The notes: generated from the sequence alone by a model not told the origin. 64,000 nucleotides of DNA from Candidatus Velthaea sp. (GCA_965214935.1 CBDCCS010000016.1:184569-248568); one strand, 5' to 3'. Shown: positions 49,070 to 59,671, counted from the stretch's first letter. Numbers and translations: made by a program.

Positions 49070-49981
49070 TCAGGTTGAACTCAGGCTGACTTCATGACGA
49101 TTGTTTTCTGCCAGGATGCCCTCGGCAACGAGTACGGCGACGATGGCGGGAATTTCGGCGATGCGGTCGGCCGGAACGACGGGCTCGAGCGATCGTTGCA
49201 GTTCGCTCATGCTTAGCGTCGTACGGCCGGCAAGGTCGCGCAGACAGTCGATGATGCGCCCGCGCAGAAAGCGGGTCGTTTGTTCGAACGGAATGGCTTC
49301 TTGCGGCGAGCGCTTTGCATACATTCTCGCCAGCGTCACTAATTGCGCCGCATCGACCGGCGCGGCCGCGCAAACCGATTGCAGCGGACACAGCAGACAG
49401 CGCGGTGCTCGAGCGGTACAAAGCGTCGCCCCGAGGTCCATCATTGCCGAGTTCCAGTCATGTCCGCGTCCGGCCGGAACCGATGCGTTCGCAAGGGTAT
49501 CGAGGACTCGATCGGCGGCCCGTTGCGGATACTCTAGACCGAGGCTAACACGCTGTACGACACGACGGATATTCGTATCGAGTGCCGCGTCGTTTTCGTT
49601 GAATGCAAACGCGCGCACGGCGGCAGCGGTGTATGGACCGATGCCCGGCAAAGAACGTAACGCATCGCGCTCGCGCGGCAGCACGCCGCCGAAACGGTCG
49701 ACGACTTTTTGTGCGAGTTGCCGCAAGCGTTGGGCGCGGGAATTGTAGCCTAGTCCGCGCCACGCTCGGATCACATCGCCTGCATCGGAGGCGGCCAACG
49801 CCTGGAGCGTCGGAAAGCGCTCGAGAAAGGCAACATACAGCGGCAGCACGCGGTCGACTTGCGTTTGCTGCAGCATGAATTCGGCAACGACGATTGCATA
49901 CGGATCGCGAGTGCACCGCCACGGCAGATGCGTGCGACCGAAGCGCGCGTACCACGCGAGCAATGCGTCGACGCCGTTCAC
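49070..49981 (-). CDS. mutY: A/G-specific adenine glycosylase (short form)
   Basis: LPWR, EFMLQQTQV, WRGLGYNSRA, LPGIGPYTA, DTNIRRV and MMDLGATLCTARAPRCLLCPLQSVC. Confidence 0.92.
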   Translation of the reverse strand: MNGVDALLAWYARFGRTHLPWRCTRDPYAIVVAEFMLQQTQVDRVLPLYVAFLERFPTLQALAASDAGDVIRAWRGLGYNSRAQRLRQLAQKVVDRFGGVLPRERDALRSLPGIGPYTAAAVRAFAFNENDAALDTNIRRVVQRVSLGLEYPQRAADRVLDTLANASVPAGRGHDWNSAMMDLGATLCTARAPRCLLCPLQSVCAAAPVDAAQLVTLARMYAKRSPQEAIPFEQTTRFLRGRIIDCLRDLAGRTTLSMSELQRSLEPVVPADRIAEIPAIVAVLVAEGILAENNRHEVSLSST

Positions 49982-51433
49982 GGCGCGATGGCTTCGCCGA
50001 TACGCCGGATGCCTTCGCTCACCAGCGCGCGGGCAACAGGCGTAATTGCCAGCCGAAAGTTGTGTTCGCCGCCGTGTTGGGCAAAAAACGCTTCGCCGAA
50101 TAAGAACGACGCGCCGCGTGCATGCGCGGCGTCGAGCAGCGCGCGCGCACGGCGATCGCGCGGAGCAGTCGCCCAGATGTAATAGCCGCCGCCTCGCACC
50201 ACCCGCATCGTGGGCGGCCAGTACCGGTCGATCGCCGCGAACGCGATATCGCGCCGCGCGCTAAGCTCGTCGCGCAGCAGCGGCAGATGCGTATCGTACG
50301 CCGTCTGCATGTAATCGCAAACGCTGGCCTGCACGTACATAGACGTTGCCATGTCGTAGGATTGTTTGCGCAGCAGCAGCCGATCGTAAATCATGCGCGG
50401 CGCGCACAGCCAGCCTAAGCGCAAAGACGGTGCAATCGTTTTGCTGAAGCTGCTCAGGTAAATGACATAATCGGGGTTTTGCGCGACGAGCGGCGGAGGC
50501 AGCGCCGGCGCGAGCTCGCCGTACGGATCGTCCTCAACGATCGGAACGCTATAACGCTGCGCCAACGTAACGAGCCGCTCGCGTCGGTCAAGACTCATCG
50601 AGACGCCCGTCGGATTGTGCAGCGACGGCATCGTGTACATGAAGCGCGGCCGGCGGGTGCGCAGGATCGCCTCAACATGATCCACGCGTAATCCGAATTC
50701 GTCGACGGCAACCGGGACGGCGCGCAGGCCGTGAATTTGAAAGATTTGCAATGCGCCGGGATATGTCGGCGATTCAACGATGATTTCATCGCCGGGCTCC
50801 GCCAGTGACTGCGCGATGAGCGCGATGCCTTGTGTCGAGCCGGTTAAAACGAGCACTTCGCGCGCACCGACACGGACACCGCGCCGCTGCATTCGCCCGG
50901 CGATCGCTTCGCGCAGGGGCGCATAGCCTTCGCTGTCACCATAGGTCAAGACATAGTTGACATCGCCGCCGACTCGCGCGAAGGAGCGTGAAAGATCTTT
51001 CAACGGCGATGGTTCGGCCGGCGGAACGCCTTGCACGAACGCAATACGGTCGCCGCGCTCGACTGCCGCAAGCTCGCCTAAAACGGCGGGAAAATTCGCC
51101 GACCCGCCAGGGCGGCAAAGTTACCCACCACGGAACGGCTGCGCTGCTGCGCTCGGATGGAGCACTGAGTTTGAGCGGCGCAACGCGCGATCCGGAGCCG
51201 ACTCGCTGCTCGACGAGCCCGGCCGAGACCAAGTCGCGATAGGCGTGAACGATCGTGCTACGGTTCACGGCAAGCGTATCGGCCAGCCGGCGTTCGGGCG
51301 GCAAACGCGTTCCGCCGGGCAGCGCTCCGGTCAGAATCTGTTCGCGCAGACGCTCTTCTATTTGTAAATAGATCGGCACCACGCTCGACCGGTCAATCTG
51401 TAGCGTCAACTCCGGCCATCCATTGCTTGCCAC
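49978..51433 (-). pseudogene. MocR/GabR-type GntR-HTH plus PLP aminotransferase regulator, frameshifted at 51091-51094 (probably an assembly error)
   Basis: wHTH (PIYLQI...LPPERRLA...VNRSTIVHAY) and PLP domain (HNPTG, IVEDDPY, SFSKTIAPSLRLGW) are in different frames. Removing one base of the T4 run gives GEFPAVLGELAA. Confidence 0.85.
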
Positions 51434-51505
51434 AATGCATCCAATTATGCGCTCGAACCAGCCATTCCCGGAGCGGCAGCCCTGCAGATACTGCCGATTG
51501 GATGG
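51416..51505. promoter_or_regulatory. Phased repeat array, candidate MocR operator
   Basis: CCATCCATT 51416, GCATCCAAT 51437, CCAGCCATT 51458, and inverted ATTGGATGG 51497. Confidence 0.6.
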
Positions 51506-51593
51506 TTCGCCGGGAACGATGGCGGGCGGAAAGCGGCTGCGCTTTCCGTATGACTGAAGCTCGTCTTTTCCGAGCGTGCGTTACGGAGTCGCT

Positions 51594-54302
51594 ATGATCG
51601 ATACATCTCAATCGCCGATGACGGCCTCGAACGGCAGTACGACGGAGGTTCAGGCCGATCCGCAAGAGCTGCTCGAATGGATCGAGGCGCTCGACGGTTT
51701 GATCGCGACCGAAGGCCCGGACCGGGTGCGCGAGATGCTTGCGGCGCTCACGCAACGCGCACGTACCCGCGGCGTTGACATTCCGTTACTGTTGACGACA
51801 CCGTACATCAACACGATTCCGGTCGAGCGCCAAGCGGCGTTTCCGGGCGATCACGATATCGAAGAACGGTTACGGCATTACGTTCGCTGGAATGCGATGG
51901 CAACCGTCGTGAAGGCCAACAAGCTGGGAACCGATCTCGGCGGCCATGTTGCAACGTTCTCATCCGCCGCAACGCTCATCGATGTCGGCTTCAATCACTT
52001 TTGGCACGCGCCGTCGGCGACGCACGGCGGCGATCTCGTTTATTTCCAGGGCCACTCTTCACCCGGCGTGTACGCGCGCGCGTTCATCGAAGGCCGGATC
52101 ACCGCCGAACAGCTGACGAACTTTCGCCAAGAAGTCGGCGGCAACGGCCTGTCATCGTATCCGCATCCTTGGCTCATGCCCGACTTCTGGCAGTTCGCCA
52201 CCGTGTCGATGGGCTTGGGACCGATTCAAGCCGTCTACGCCGCGCGCTACATGAAATATCTGCATCATCGCGGCATCGCCGATACCTCGAATCGCAAAGT
52301 CTGGGCGTTCATCGGCGACGGTGAAATCGACGAACCCGAGTCGCTCGCCGGCCTTGCGCTTGCGGCGCGCGAAGGGCTCGACAACCTCATTTTTGTGGTC
52401 AATTGCAATCTGCAGCGGCTCGACGGGCCGGTCCGCGGTAACGGCAAAATCATTCAAGAATTAGAGGGCGTTTTTCGCGGCGCGGGCTGGAACGTACTCA
52501 AAGTGATTTGGGGCCGGCGTTGGGATCCGCTGCTGCAATCCGACAACAGCGGCGTTTTAGTCAAGCTGATGGGCGAAACGATCGACGGCGACTATCAAAC
52601 ATACAAGTCGCGCAACGGCGCGTACGTTCGCGAGCAATTTTTCGGCCGCTACCCCGAAACGCGCAAACTCGTCGAACACATGTCGGATGACGATGTTTGG
52701 CGGCTCAATCGCGGCGGTCACGATCCATACAAAGTGTATGCCGCATACAAGGCGGCCGCCGAGTCGACGAGTGGACCGACGGTGATCTTAGCCAAAACCA
52801 TCAAAGGCTACGGCTTGGGCAGCGCGGGCGAGGGAATGAACGTCGCGCACAATACGAAAAAAATGCTTACCGAGCAAATCCGCGCGTTCCGCGACCGGTT
52901 CTCGATCCCCGTTTCGGATGCTCAACTCGAAAACGATGTGCCGTTCATCCGGCCGCCGGATGACTCATCGGAGAGCAAATATCTACGCGAGCGTATCGCC
53001 GAACTCGGCAGCGTTCCGCAACGCCGGCGCAACGTCGAAGCACCGCTGGCCGTACCGCCGCTCGCGGCGTTTAACGCGCTGCTCGAAGATACGGGCGAAC
53101 GCGAGATTTCCACCACCATGGCCTACGTGCGCAGCCTCGGTGTTCTCGTTCGCGACAAGACCATCGGCGCGCGAATCGTGCCGATCGTTTCGGATGAAAC
53201 GCGCACGTTCGGCATGGAAGGGATGTTTCGCCAGCTCGGCATGTACGCGCCGCAAGGTCAGCTTTACCGGCCGCAAGACGCCGATCAGCTCATGTGGTAT
53301 CGCGAAGATCAGTCCGGTCAAATCCTTCAGGAAGGCATCACGGAAGCCGGCGGAATGTCTTCCTGGATTGCGGCTGCGACGTCGTACTCGACGCACGGCG
53401 TGCAAACCATTCCGTTTTTTATTTTCTATTCGATGTTCGGCTTTCAGCGCATCGGCGACTTCGCGTGGGCCGCAGCGGACATGCGGTCGCGCGGCTTTCT
53501 CATCGGCGGTACCGCCGGGCGGACGACGCTCAACGGCGAGGGATTGCAGCACGAAGATGGACATAGCCACTTGTTCGCGGCCGCTATTCCGAATTGCGTG
53601 CCGTACGATCCGACCTACGCCTACGAAGTGGCCGTCATCATCCAAGACGGTTTACGCCGCATGCTCGGCAACCAAGAAGATATCTATTATTACATTACGG
53701 TGATGAACGAGAACTACCATCATCCGGCGATGCCGCCGGGTGTCGAAGAGCAGATTTTGCGCGGCATGTATTTGTTGCGAGCGGGCGCATCGCCGACGAC
53801 CGATGGGCCGCGCGTACAGCTGCTGGGTTCCGGCACGATTCTGCGCGAAGTCGAAGCAGCGGCCGATTTGTTGCGCGATGATTTCGGCGTCACCGCCGAC
53901 GTTTGGAGCGTTCCGAGTTTTACGCTCCTGAGTCGCGACGGACTCGATATCGAACGTTGGAACATGCTGCATCCCGCCGATCCGCCGAAGGTCGCATTCG
54001 TTGCCGAGCAGCTTGCGGGACACGACGGTCCGGTGATTGCGGCAAGCGATTACATCAAGCTGTTCGCCGAACAAATTCGGCCATTCGTCGACCGCCGTTT
54101 TCATGCGCTCGGCACCGATGGTTTCGGCCGCAGCGATGCACGCGCGAAGCTACGCGCGTTTTTCGAGGTCGATCGGCATTGGATCGCGCTGGCAGCACTG
54201 CGCGAACTCGCTGCCGACGGACGCATCGCAGGCGAGCAGGTCGGTCGAGCGATCGAGAAGTACGGCATCGATCCGCACAAGCCGAACCCGCTCACCGTTT
54301 AA
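51594..54302 (+). CDS. aceE: Pyruvate dehydrogenase E1 component, homodimeric type
   Basis: TTPYINTIP, GGHVATFSS, QGHSSPG, TVSMGLGP, GDGEIDEPES...NCNLQRLDGP and GRTTLNGEGLQHEDG. Confidence 0.97.
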   Translation: MIDTSQSPMTASNGSTTEVQADPQELLEWIEALDGLIATEGPDRVREMLAALTQRARTRGVDIPLLLTTPYINTIPVERQAAFPGDHDIEERLRHYVRWNAMATVVKANKLGTDLGGHVATFSSAATLIDVGFNHFWHAPSATHGGDLVYFQGHSSPGVYARAFIEGRITAEQLTNFRQEVGGNGLSSYPHPWLMPDFWQFATVSMGLGPIQAVYAARYMKYLHHRGIADTSNRKVWAFIGDGEIDEPESLAGLALAAREGLDNLIFVVNCNLQRLDGPVRGNGKIIQELEGVFRGAGWNVLKVIWGRRWDPLLQSDNSGVLVKLMGETIDGDYQTYKSRNGAYVREQFFGRYPETRKLVEHMSDDDVWRLNRGGHDPYKVYAAYKAAAESTSGPTVILAKTIKGYGLGSAGEGMNVAHNTKKMLTEQIRAFRDRFSIPVSDAQLENDVPFIRPPDDSSESKYLRERIAELGSVPQRRRNVEAPLAVPPLAAFNALLEDTGEREISTTMAYVRSLGVLVRDKTIGARIVPIVSDETRTFGMEGMFRQLGMYAPQGQLYRPQDADQLMWYREDQSGQILQEGITEAGGMSSWIAAATSYSTHGVQTIPFFIFYSMFGFQRIGDFAWAAADMRSRGFLIGGTAGRTTLNGEGLQHEDGHSHLFAAAIPNCVPYDPTYAYEVAVIIQDGLRRMLGNQEDIYYYITVMNENYHHPAMPPGVEEQILRGMYLLRAGASPTTDGPRVQLLGSGTILREVEAAADLLRDDFGVTADVWSVPSFTLLSRDGLDIERWNMLHPADPPKVAFVAEQLAGHDGPVIAASDYIKLFAEQIRPFVDRRFHALGTDGFGRSDARAKLRAFFEVDRHWIALAALRELAADGRIAGEQVGRAIEKYGIDPHKPNPLTV

Positions 54303-54317
54303 GGACGCACTGCACGC

Positions 54318-56018
54318 ATGGCGAACACGCTCGAACTCACGGTGCCCGATCTCGGCGGATTCGAAGACGTGCCGATCATCGAGATTCTCGTTGCAGCCGG
54401 CGACACGATCGGCAAAGATGCGCCGCTGGTAACGCTCGAATCGGATAAAGCTACCATGGAAGTGCCGGCGTCGTTCGGCGGTACGGTGCGCGACATTAAA
54501 GTTAAAATCGGCGACCGCGTTTCGCAAGGGACGGTTATCGCCGCTATTGAGATTGCCGGCGAAGCACCGCCCGCGCAGCCTGCGAACGCGCTCGTCGTCG
54601 AAGACGACGGCAGCTTGACACCGATCGGCAGCGCTGGTGCGGCGCGACCGCACGTCACCGAACTTAGCGTGCCCGACCTCGGCGGCTTTAGCGATATTCC
54701 GGTGATCTCGGTATTCGTTACGGCCGGTGAAACCATCGCTGCGAACGCACCGCTCGTCGAACTAGAATCCGACAAAGCGACGATGGAAGTGCCTGCACTT
54801 GCCGGCGGGATCGTGGGCGAAGTGCGCGTCAAAGTCGGCGACCGGGTCTCACCGGGTACGGTCATCGCTACTGTTTCGAGCGCCGCGACGGCGCCGGCCG
54901 CGAGCGCTCCGGCGGCTGCGCCGGCCGCCGCCGGCGGGCCGGAGCCGGGTGCGCAGTCGATCGACGCGGCGACCGCCCCGCTCGCACAACCCGAACCGAC
55001 GATTGCAGCGCCGGTTTTAGCGGCGGTCGTTGCGCCGGCGCCGGCTTCGCTCAATGGGACATCGCACGCGGCAAGTAACGGCAGCGCCGACGCAGCGGTG
55101 CATGCCAGTCCGGCAATTCGGCGCTTCGCACGCGAACTCGGCGTCACCTTACGCGGCTTGTCCGGCAGCGGACCGAACGGCCGGATCACCCGCGACGACG
55201 TTCAAAACTATGTCAAATCAGCGCTCGTGCGAGCGAGTGCATCCGCGCAGCAGCCGGCTTTGCCGCCCGCTGCGCCGTCCAACGGCTCGGGTTTACACCT
55301 GATGCCGTGGCCGAAAATTGATTTTAGCAAGTACGGGCCGGTCGAACGGCGGCCGCTCTCGCGCATCGCCAAACTCTCGGGTCAAAATTTGGCTCGCAAT
55401 TGGGTGCTCATTCCGCACGTTACGCAAAACGAAGAAGCGGACGTAACCGAGCTTGAAGCGTTTCGTAAAAGCGTGAACGCCGAGCATAAAGACGCGAAGG
55501 TAACAATGCTTGCCTTGCTGATGAAAGCGCTCGTCACGACACTGCGTGCGTTCCCGACGTTCAACAGTTCGCTCGACGGCGACGAGCTGGTGCTCAAAGC
55601 ATACTATCATCTTGGTTTCGCGGCCGATACGCCAAATGGTCTCGTCGTACCCGTCATTAAAAACGTGGATATCAAAGGCGTTCTTGCGTTAGCCGCCGAG
55701 ACGGCCGGACTAGCGAAGCGCGCGCGCGACGGCAAGCTCGGGCCGGGAGAGATGAGCGGCAGCACATTTACCATTTCGAGCTTGGGCGGCATCGGCGGAA
55801 CGTCGTTTACGCCGATCATCAACGCCCCCGAAGTTGCCATTCTCGGCGTCAGCCGGACCGCGATGAAACCCGTCTGGGACGGCACCGCGTTCGTCCCACG
55901 GCTAATGTTGCCGCTATCGCTATCGTACGATCACCGCGTTATCGACGGCGCGGCGGCAGCGCGCTTCTGCACGTTCCTTGCAAGCGTCCTTGCCGACATG
56001 CGTAAGACGCTACTGTAA
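54318..56018 (+). CDS. aceF: Dihydrolipoyllysine-residue acetyltransferase E2 with two lipoyl domains
   Basis: LESDKATMEVP twice, HASPAIRRFARELGV...GSGPNGRIT and SYDHRVIDGA. Confidence 0.95.
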   Translation: MANTLELTVPDLGGFEDVPIIEILVAAGDTIGKDAPLVTLESDKATMEVPASFGGTVRDIKVKIGDRVSQGTVIAAIEIAGEAPPAQPANALVVEDDGSLTPIGSAGAARPHVTELSVPDLGGFSDIPVISVFVTAGETIAANAPLVELESDKATMEVPALAGGIVGEVRVKVGDRVSPGTVIATVSSAATAPAASAPAAAPAAAGGPEPGAQSIDAATAPLAQPEPTIAAPVLAAVVAPAPASLNGTSHAASNGSADAAVHASPAIRRFARELGVTLRGLSGSGPNGRITRDDVQNYVKSALVRASASAQQPALPPAAPSNGSGLHLMPWPKIDFSKYGPVERRPLSRIAKLSGQNLARNWVLIPHVTQNEEADVTELEAFRKSVNAEHKDAKVTMLALLMKALVTTLRAFPTFNSSLDGDELVLKAYYHLGFAADTPNGLVVPVIKNVDIKGVLALAAETAGLAKRARDGKLGPGEMSGSTFTISSLGGIGGTSFTPIINAPEVAILGVSRTAMKPVWDGTAFVPRLMLPLSLSYDHRVIDGAAAARFCTFLASVLADMRKTLL

Positions 56019-56100
56019 TTCAGCTGCCCCCCGTTCGAACGATGCAAGACGTTGCCCATGCCGCCGGCCGGCGCGGACGGCATGCAAAGCGGTGCACGTG

Positions 56101-59100
56101 ATGGCGTCGCACGCGAAAAGGAGTTCGTCTACGTTGCGAGTTTTCACCCGTTTGTTTCTTGCATTCGTTGTCGCCCTGGCCACTTGCGCGCGTGCCGGTG
56201 CTGCCGCGCCGGATCGTGCGGCGCCCGCGGCGCCGTACAATCGGCTTGCGTTCCGTCAGATCGGGCCGGCGGTAAGCGGCGGGCGTGTGACCGCCGTGAC
56301 CGGGTCGAACAAAAATCCGAAACTGTACGTCATCGGCACCGCCGGCGGCGGAGTTTGGAAAAGCACGAACGGCGGTGCAACGTGGGATCCGATTTTCGAC
56401 GCACAAGCCGTGTCGTCGATCGGCGCGGTCGCCCTCGATCCGGCCGACGACAATATCATCTGGGCGGGCACCGGTGAAACGAATCCGCGCAACGACGTTA
56501 GTTACGGCGACGGTATCTATAAATCGACCGACGGCGGAAAAACCTGGACGAACATGGGTTTGCGCGACACCGAGCAAATCTCTTCGATCGCGATCGATCC
56601 GCACGATGCGAAAACGGTCGTCGTCGGCACGATGGGCAACTTCTTTGCCGACGGCACGGCGCGTGGAATCTACCGTACGACGGACGGCGGCGCCTCATGG
56701 CAGCATACGTTGTATGCCGGCCCGCAAAGCGGCGTTAGCGATCTCAGCGTCGATCCGGGCGACTTCCGAACGATGTACGCCGGGATCTGGCAATTCCGGC
56801 GAATGCCTTGGACGTTCGCGAGTGGCGGGCCGGCCGACGGGATCTACAAGTCGATCGACGGCGGTGCAAACTGGTCGAAATTAACCGGCAGCGGATTACC
56901 CGCCGGCATAACCGGGCGCATCGGTCTTGCCGTCGCACCAAGTAATGCGCGTCGCGTCTACGCGCTCATCGAATCGAAAGCCGGCATCCTTTGGCGTTCG
57001 GACGACGCCGGCGCGCACTGGGATTTAATGTCGAGCGACACGCTTGTGAATCAGCGCCCGTTTTATTTTTCACACCTCACCGTCGACCCGTCCAATGCCG
57101 ATCACGTATACGGCGTCTCGGAGGAATTAGCCGAAAGCCGAGACGGCGGCAAGAGCTTTCATGCGACCGCGCGCAAAGTTCACGTCGATTATCACGCAAT
57201 GTGGATTGCCGCCGGCGATCCCAGCCGCATGATCGCCGGTGAAGACGGCGGCTACGCGTTAACGCTCGACGCCGGCAACACATGGGCGTTCTCGCGCAAC
57301 TTAGCGATCGGACAGATCTACCATATCGGTTTCGATGACGGCACACCGTATCGCGTCTGCGCCGGCCTGCAAGATAACAACGGTTTCTGCGGACCGTCCA
57401 ATAGTTTGAGTGATGAAGGCATCGCCGACGATGCTTGGGAGCGCGTGATCGGCGGCGACGGCGAGTGGGCATGGCCCGATCCGGCCGATGCCAATCTCGT
57501 GTGGACCGACTTGCAAGATGGCCGGCTTGCGCTCTACGACCGCTCATCACGGCGCGATGCATTCATTGCACCGTGGTCGGCAACGGCAGCGGACGGCTTT
57601 CAGCTCGACCGCGCCGCCTATCGCTTTAATTGGGATTCGCCGATTGCATTCGCACCTTGGGACGCTCATACGGCGTGGTTCGGCGGAAACGTCGTGTTTG
57701 AAACAAACGACCGCGGATCGCATTGGCACGCGGTCAGTCCCGATCTGACGCGCAACGACAAAGCCCATCAAGTCCCGTCCGGTGGACCGCTCGCCCTCGA
57801 CGTTACCGGAGCCGAAACGACCGGCACGCTGCTGGATATCGAAGGCTCGCCGGCTTCGGGCGGCGAGATTTGGACCGGCAGCGATGACGGCCTCGTTTAC
57901 ATGACGCGCGACGGCGGTTCGCATTGGCGTGATGTAACGCCGCCGAACGTTCCGCCGTTTGGACGCGTCGAGATGGTTTCGCCGTCGGCGCTCGATCCGG
58001 CGCAAGCCTATGCCGTAATCGACCGGCATCTGCTCGGCGATCGCGCGGCGTATGTCTTCGTCACTCATGATCTCGGCGCGCATTGGACGCCGATCGCGCA
58101 GGGTTTACCGGCGGGACAAGCAGCACGGGCGATTCGCGCCGATACGCACAATCCGCATCTCGTCTATCTTGGGCTCGAGAATTCGCTGTGGCTTTCGTAC
58201 GACGACGGCAGCCACTGGGAAAAATTCAATCTCGGATTGCCGCCCGCGGCGATCTATGATCTTCGCATTCAACCGCGCTACAACGACTTGATCGTCGCGA
58301 CGCACGGCCGCGCAGCGTGGATCTTGGACGACTTGACGGCCGTGCAACAACTTCCGCAAGCGCGCGCTGCCGGTGCTATGCTCTTTACGCCACGCGCGAC
58401 TTGCGCGTTCACGCTGCATGCCGACGATGAGGGGTTGTACACGCGTTACAGCGGAACGAATCCGCCGAACGGCGCGCTCATCTCATTCTATCAATCGAAG
58501 CGCAGCTTGCAGCCGCCGGTCGTTTCGATTTTCGATGCAAATAGAAGACTGGTGCGCACGATTTCGGGCGTCACCCGCGTTGAAGAACGCGAGATACCAC
58601 TGGTTAGTAATGACGCAGGCATCAACCGCGTCACCTGGGATCTGCATGAAGACGGCCCGGTCCGCTGGCAGGGAGCCGCCAAAGACGACTACAAAGGGCC
58701 GCGCATCGGCGCGCCCGTCGTTCCCGGACAGTATATCGTGCGCATGACCTTAGCCGGCAAAACGTTCGAGCAGCCGTTAGACATCGCGCCGGACCCGCGC
58801 GTTCACTACACTGCGCAAGAATATGCTGCGGCATACACATTTGCAAAGTCGCATCTCAACGAGCTTTCAATCGTCGACAGCGCGCTTAATAAGCTTGATG
58901 CAGCGCAAAAGGCCAAAGCCGGAAATCCGCAATTCATCGCGCGTGCACGTTCCGCGCGGGCCGGATTGACGGCGGATTTTCATAATGACGAGGATTCCGT
59001 GCAACGTCCCGGGCGCGTCCGGGAGGATCTCATGCGGCTTACATCGGCACCGGCGGGCGCGGCGCCGACTCAAGCACAATTCGACTTTGCAGCGCGTGTC

Positions 59101-59157
59101 GATGCGCGATACGCGAAAGCGATGAGCGACGTCAACGCGTTGCTCGGTGCACGGTAA
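56101..59157 (+). CDS. Secreted VPS10/BNR-repeat beta-propeller (glycosyl hydrolase-like) protein
   Basis: Signal peptide, FRQIGPAVSGGRV, many S/T-x-D-G-G-x-T/S-W Asp boxes and ATHGR. Confidence 0.85.
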   Translation: MASHAKRSSSTLRVFTRLFLAFVVALATCARAGAAAPDRAAPAAPYNRLAFRQIGPAVSGGRVTAVTGSNKNPKLYVIGTAGGGVWKSTNGGATWDPIFDAQAVSSIGAVALDPADDNIIWAGTGETNPRNDVSYGDGIYKSTDGGKTWTNMGLRDTEQISSIAIDPHDAKTVVVGTMGNFFADGTARGIYRTTDGGASWQHTLYAGPQSGVSDLSVDPGDFRTMYAGIWQFRRMPWTFASGGPADGIYKSIDGGANWSKLTGSGLPAGITGRIGLAVAPSNARRVYALIESKAGILWRSDDAGAHWDLMSSDTLVNQRPFYFSHLTVDPSNADHVYGVSEELAESRDGGKSFHATARKVHVDYHAMWIAAGDPSRMIAGEDGGYALTLDAGNTWAFSRNLAIGQIYHIGFDDGTPYRVCAGLQDNNGFCGPSNSLSDEGIADDAWERVIGGDGEWAWPDPADANLVWTDLQDGRLALYDRSSRRDAFIAPWSATAADGFQLDRAAYRFNWDSPIAFAPWDAHTAWFGGNVVFETNDRGSHWHAVSPDLTRNDKAHQVPSGGPLALDVTGAETTGTLLDIEGSPASGGEIWTGSDDGLVYMTRDGGSHWRDVTPPNVPPFGRVEMVSPSALDPAQAYAVIDRHLLGDRAAYVFVTHDLGAHWTPIAQGLPAGQAARAIRADTHNPHLVYLGLENSLWLSYDDGSHWEKFNLGLPPAAIYDLRIQPRYNDLIVATHGRAAWILDDLTAVQQLPQARAAGAMLFTPRATCAFTLHADDEGLYTRYSGTNPPNGALISFYQSKRSLQPPVVSIFDANRRLVRTISGVTRVEEREIPLVSNDAGINRVTWDLHEDGPVRWQGAAKDDYKGPRIGAPVVPGQYIVRMTLAGKTFEQPLDIAPDPRVHYTAQEYAAAYTFAKSHLNELSIVDSALNKLDAAQKAKAGNPQFIARARSARAGLTADFHNDEDSVQRPGRVREDLMRLTSAPAGAAPTQAQFDFAARVDARYAKAMSDVNALLGAR

Positions 59158-59671
59158 CGGTATGACTGCCGTACGGCGCGTTACGATGCACTCGTTGCTC
59201 GCTATGCAGCGTTGTTAACATAGCCGCTTTTAAGGTGACTGTATGTAATGCTTGTAACATACGATCGCATTGTCGGCGCATCCAGCGCAGCTTCGGCCAA
59301 AACACCGGACGTACAATTCGCTTAATTTCATTGAGTCGATGCAGTGGGATGAATTCAGCGCTGTGTTTGACTTTCGATGCATCACATATGAAAGGTAGCT
59401 GACATAAGCTGATTTCTGGAATCTCTTTTGATGGCTTCGATATCAACCCGGCAAAGAAGTAACGATCGTCGTCTTCGGCCGGGAACTAATTTGCTAACGT
59501 CACTTACGTCGGAATTGCACTGGTGAATTCGATAGGTTTCACGCGTTGAAGCTACTTGTTACATATTAGCAACAGGGATGCGGTGTTATGCACGATACTT
59601 TAGCAGCGTTGCCGCACCAACTTTGACGAATGTTCCGAGCGGCATGCATTACACTCGAAGGGGTGTCGAAC

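Noticed and set aside
56341..58220. Recurrent GACGGCGG-type repeats
   Set aside because: Coding Asp-box/BNR repeats with no constant repeat-spacer structure, so not CRISPR.
59132..59446. 104-aa minus-strand ORF in the AT-rich region
   Set aside because: Atypical composition, no RBS or recognisable motif, and it overlaps the upstream gene end.
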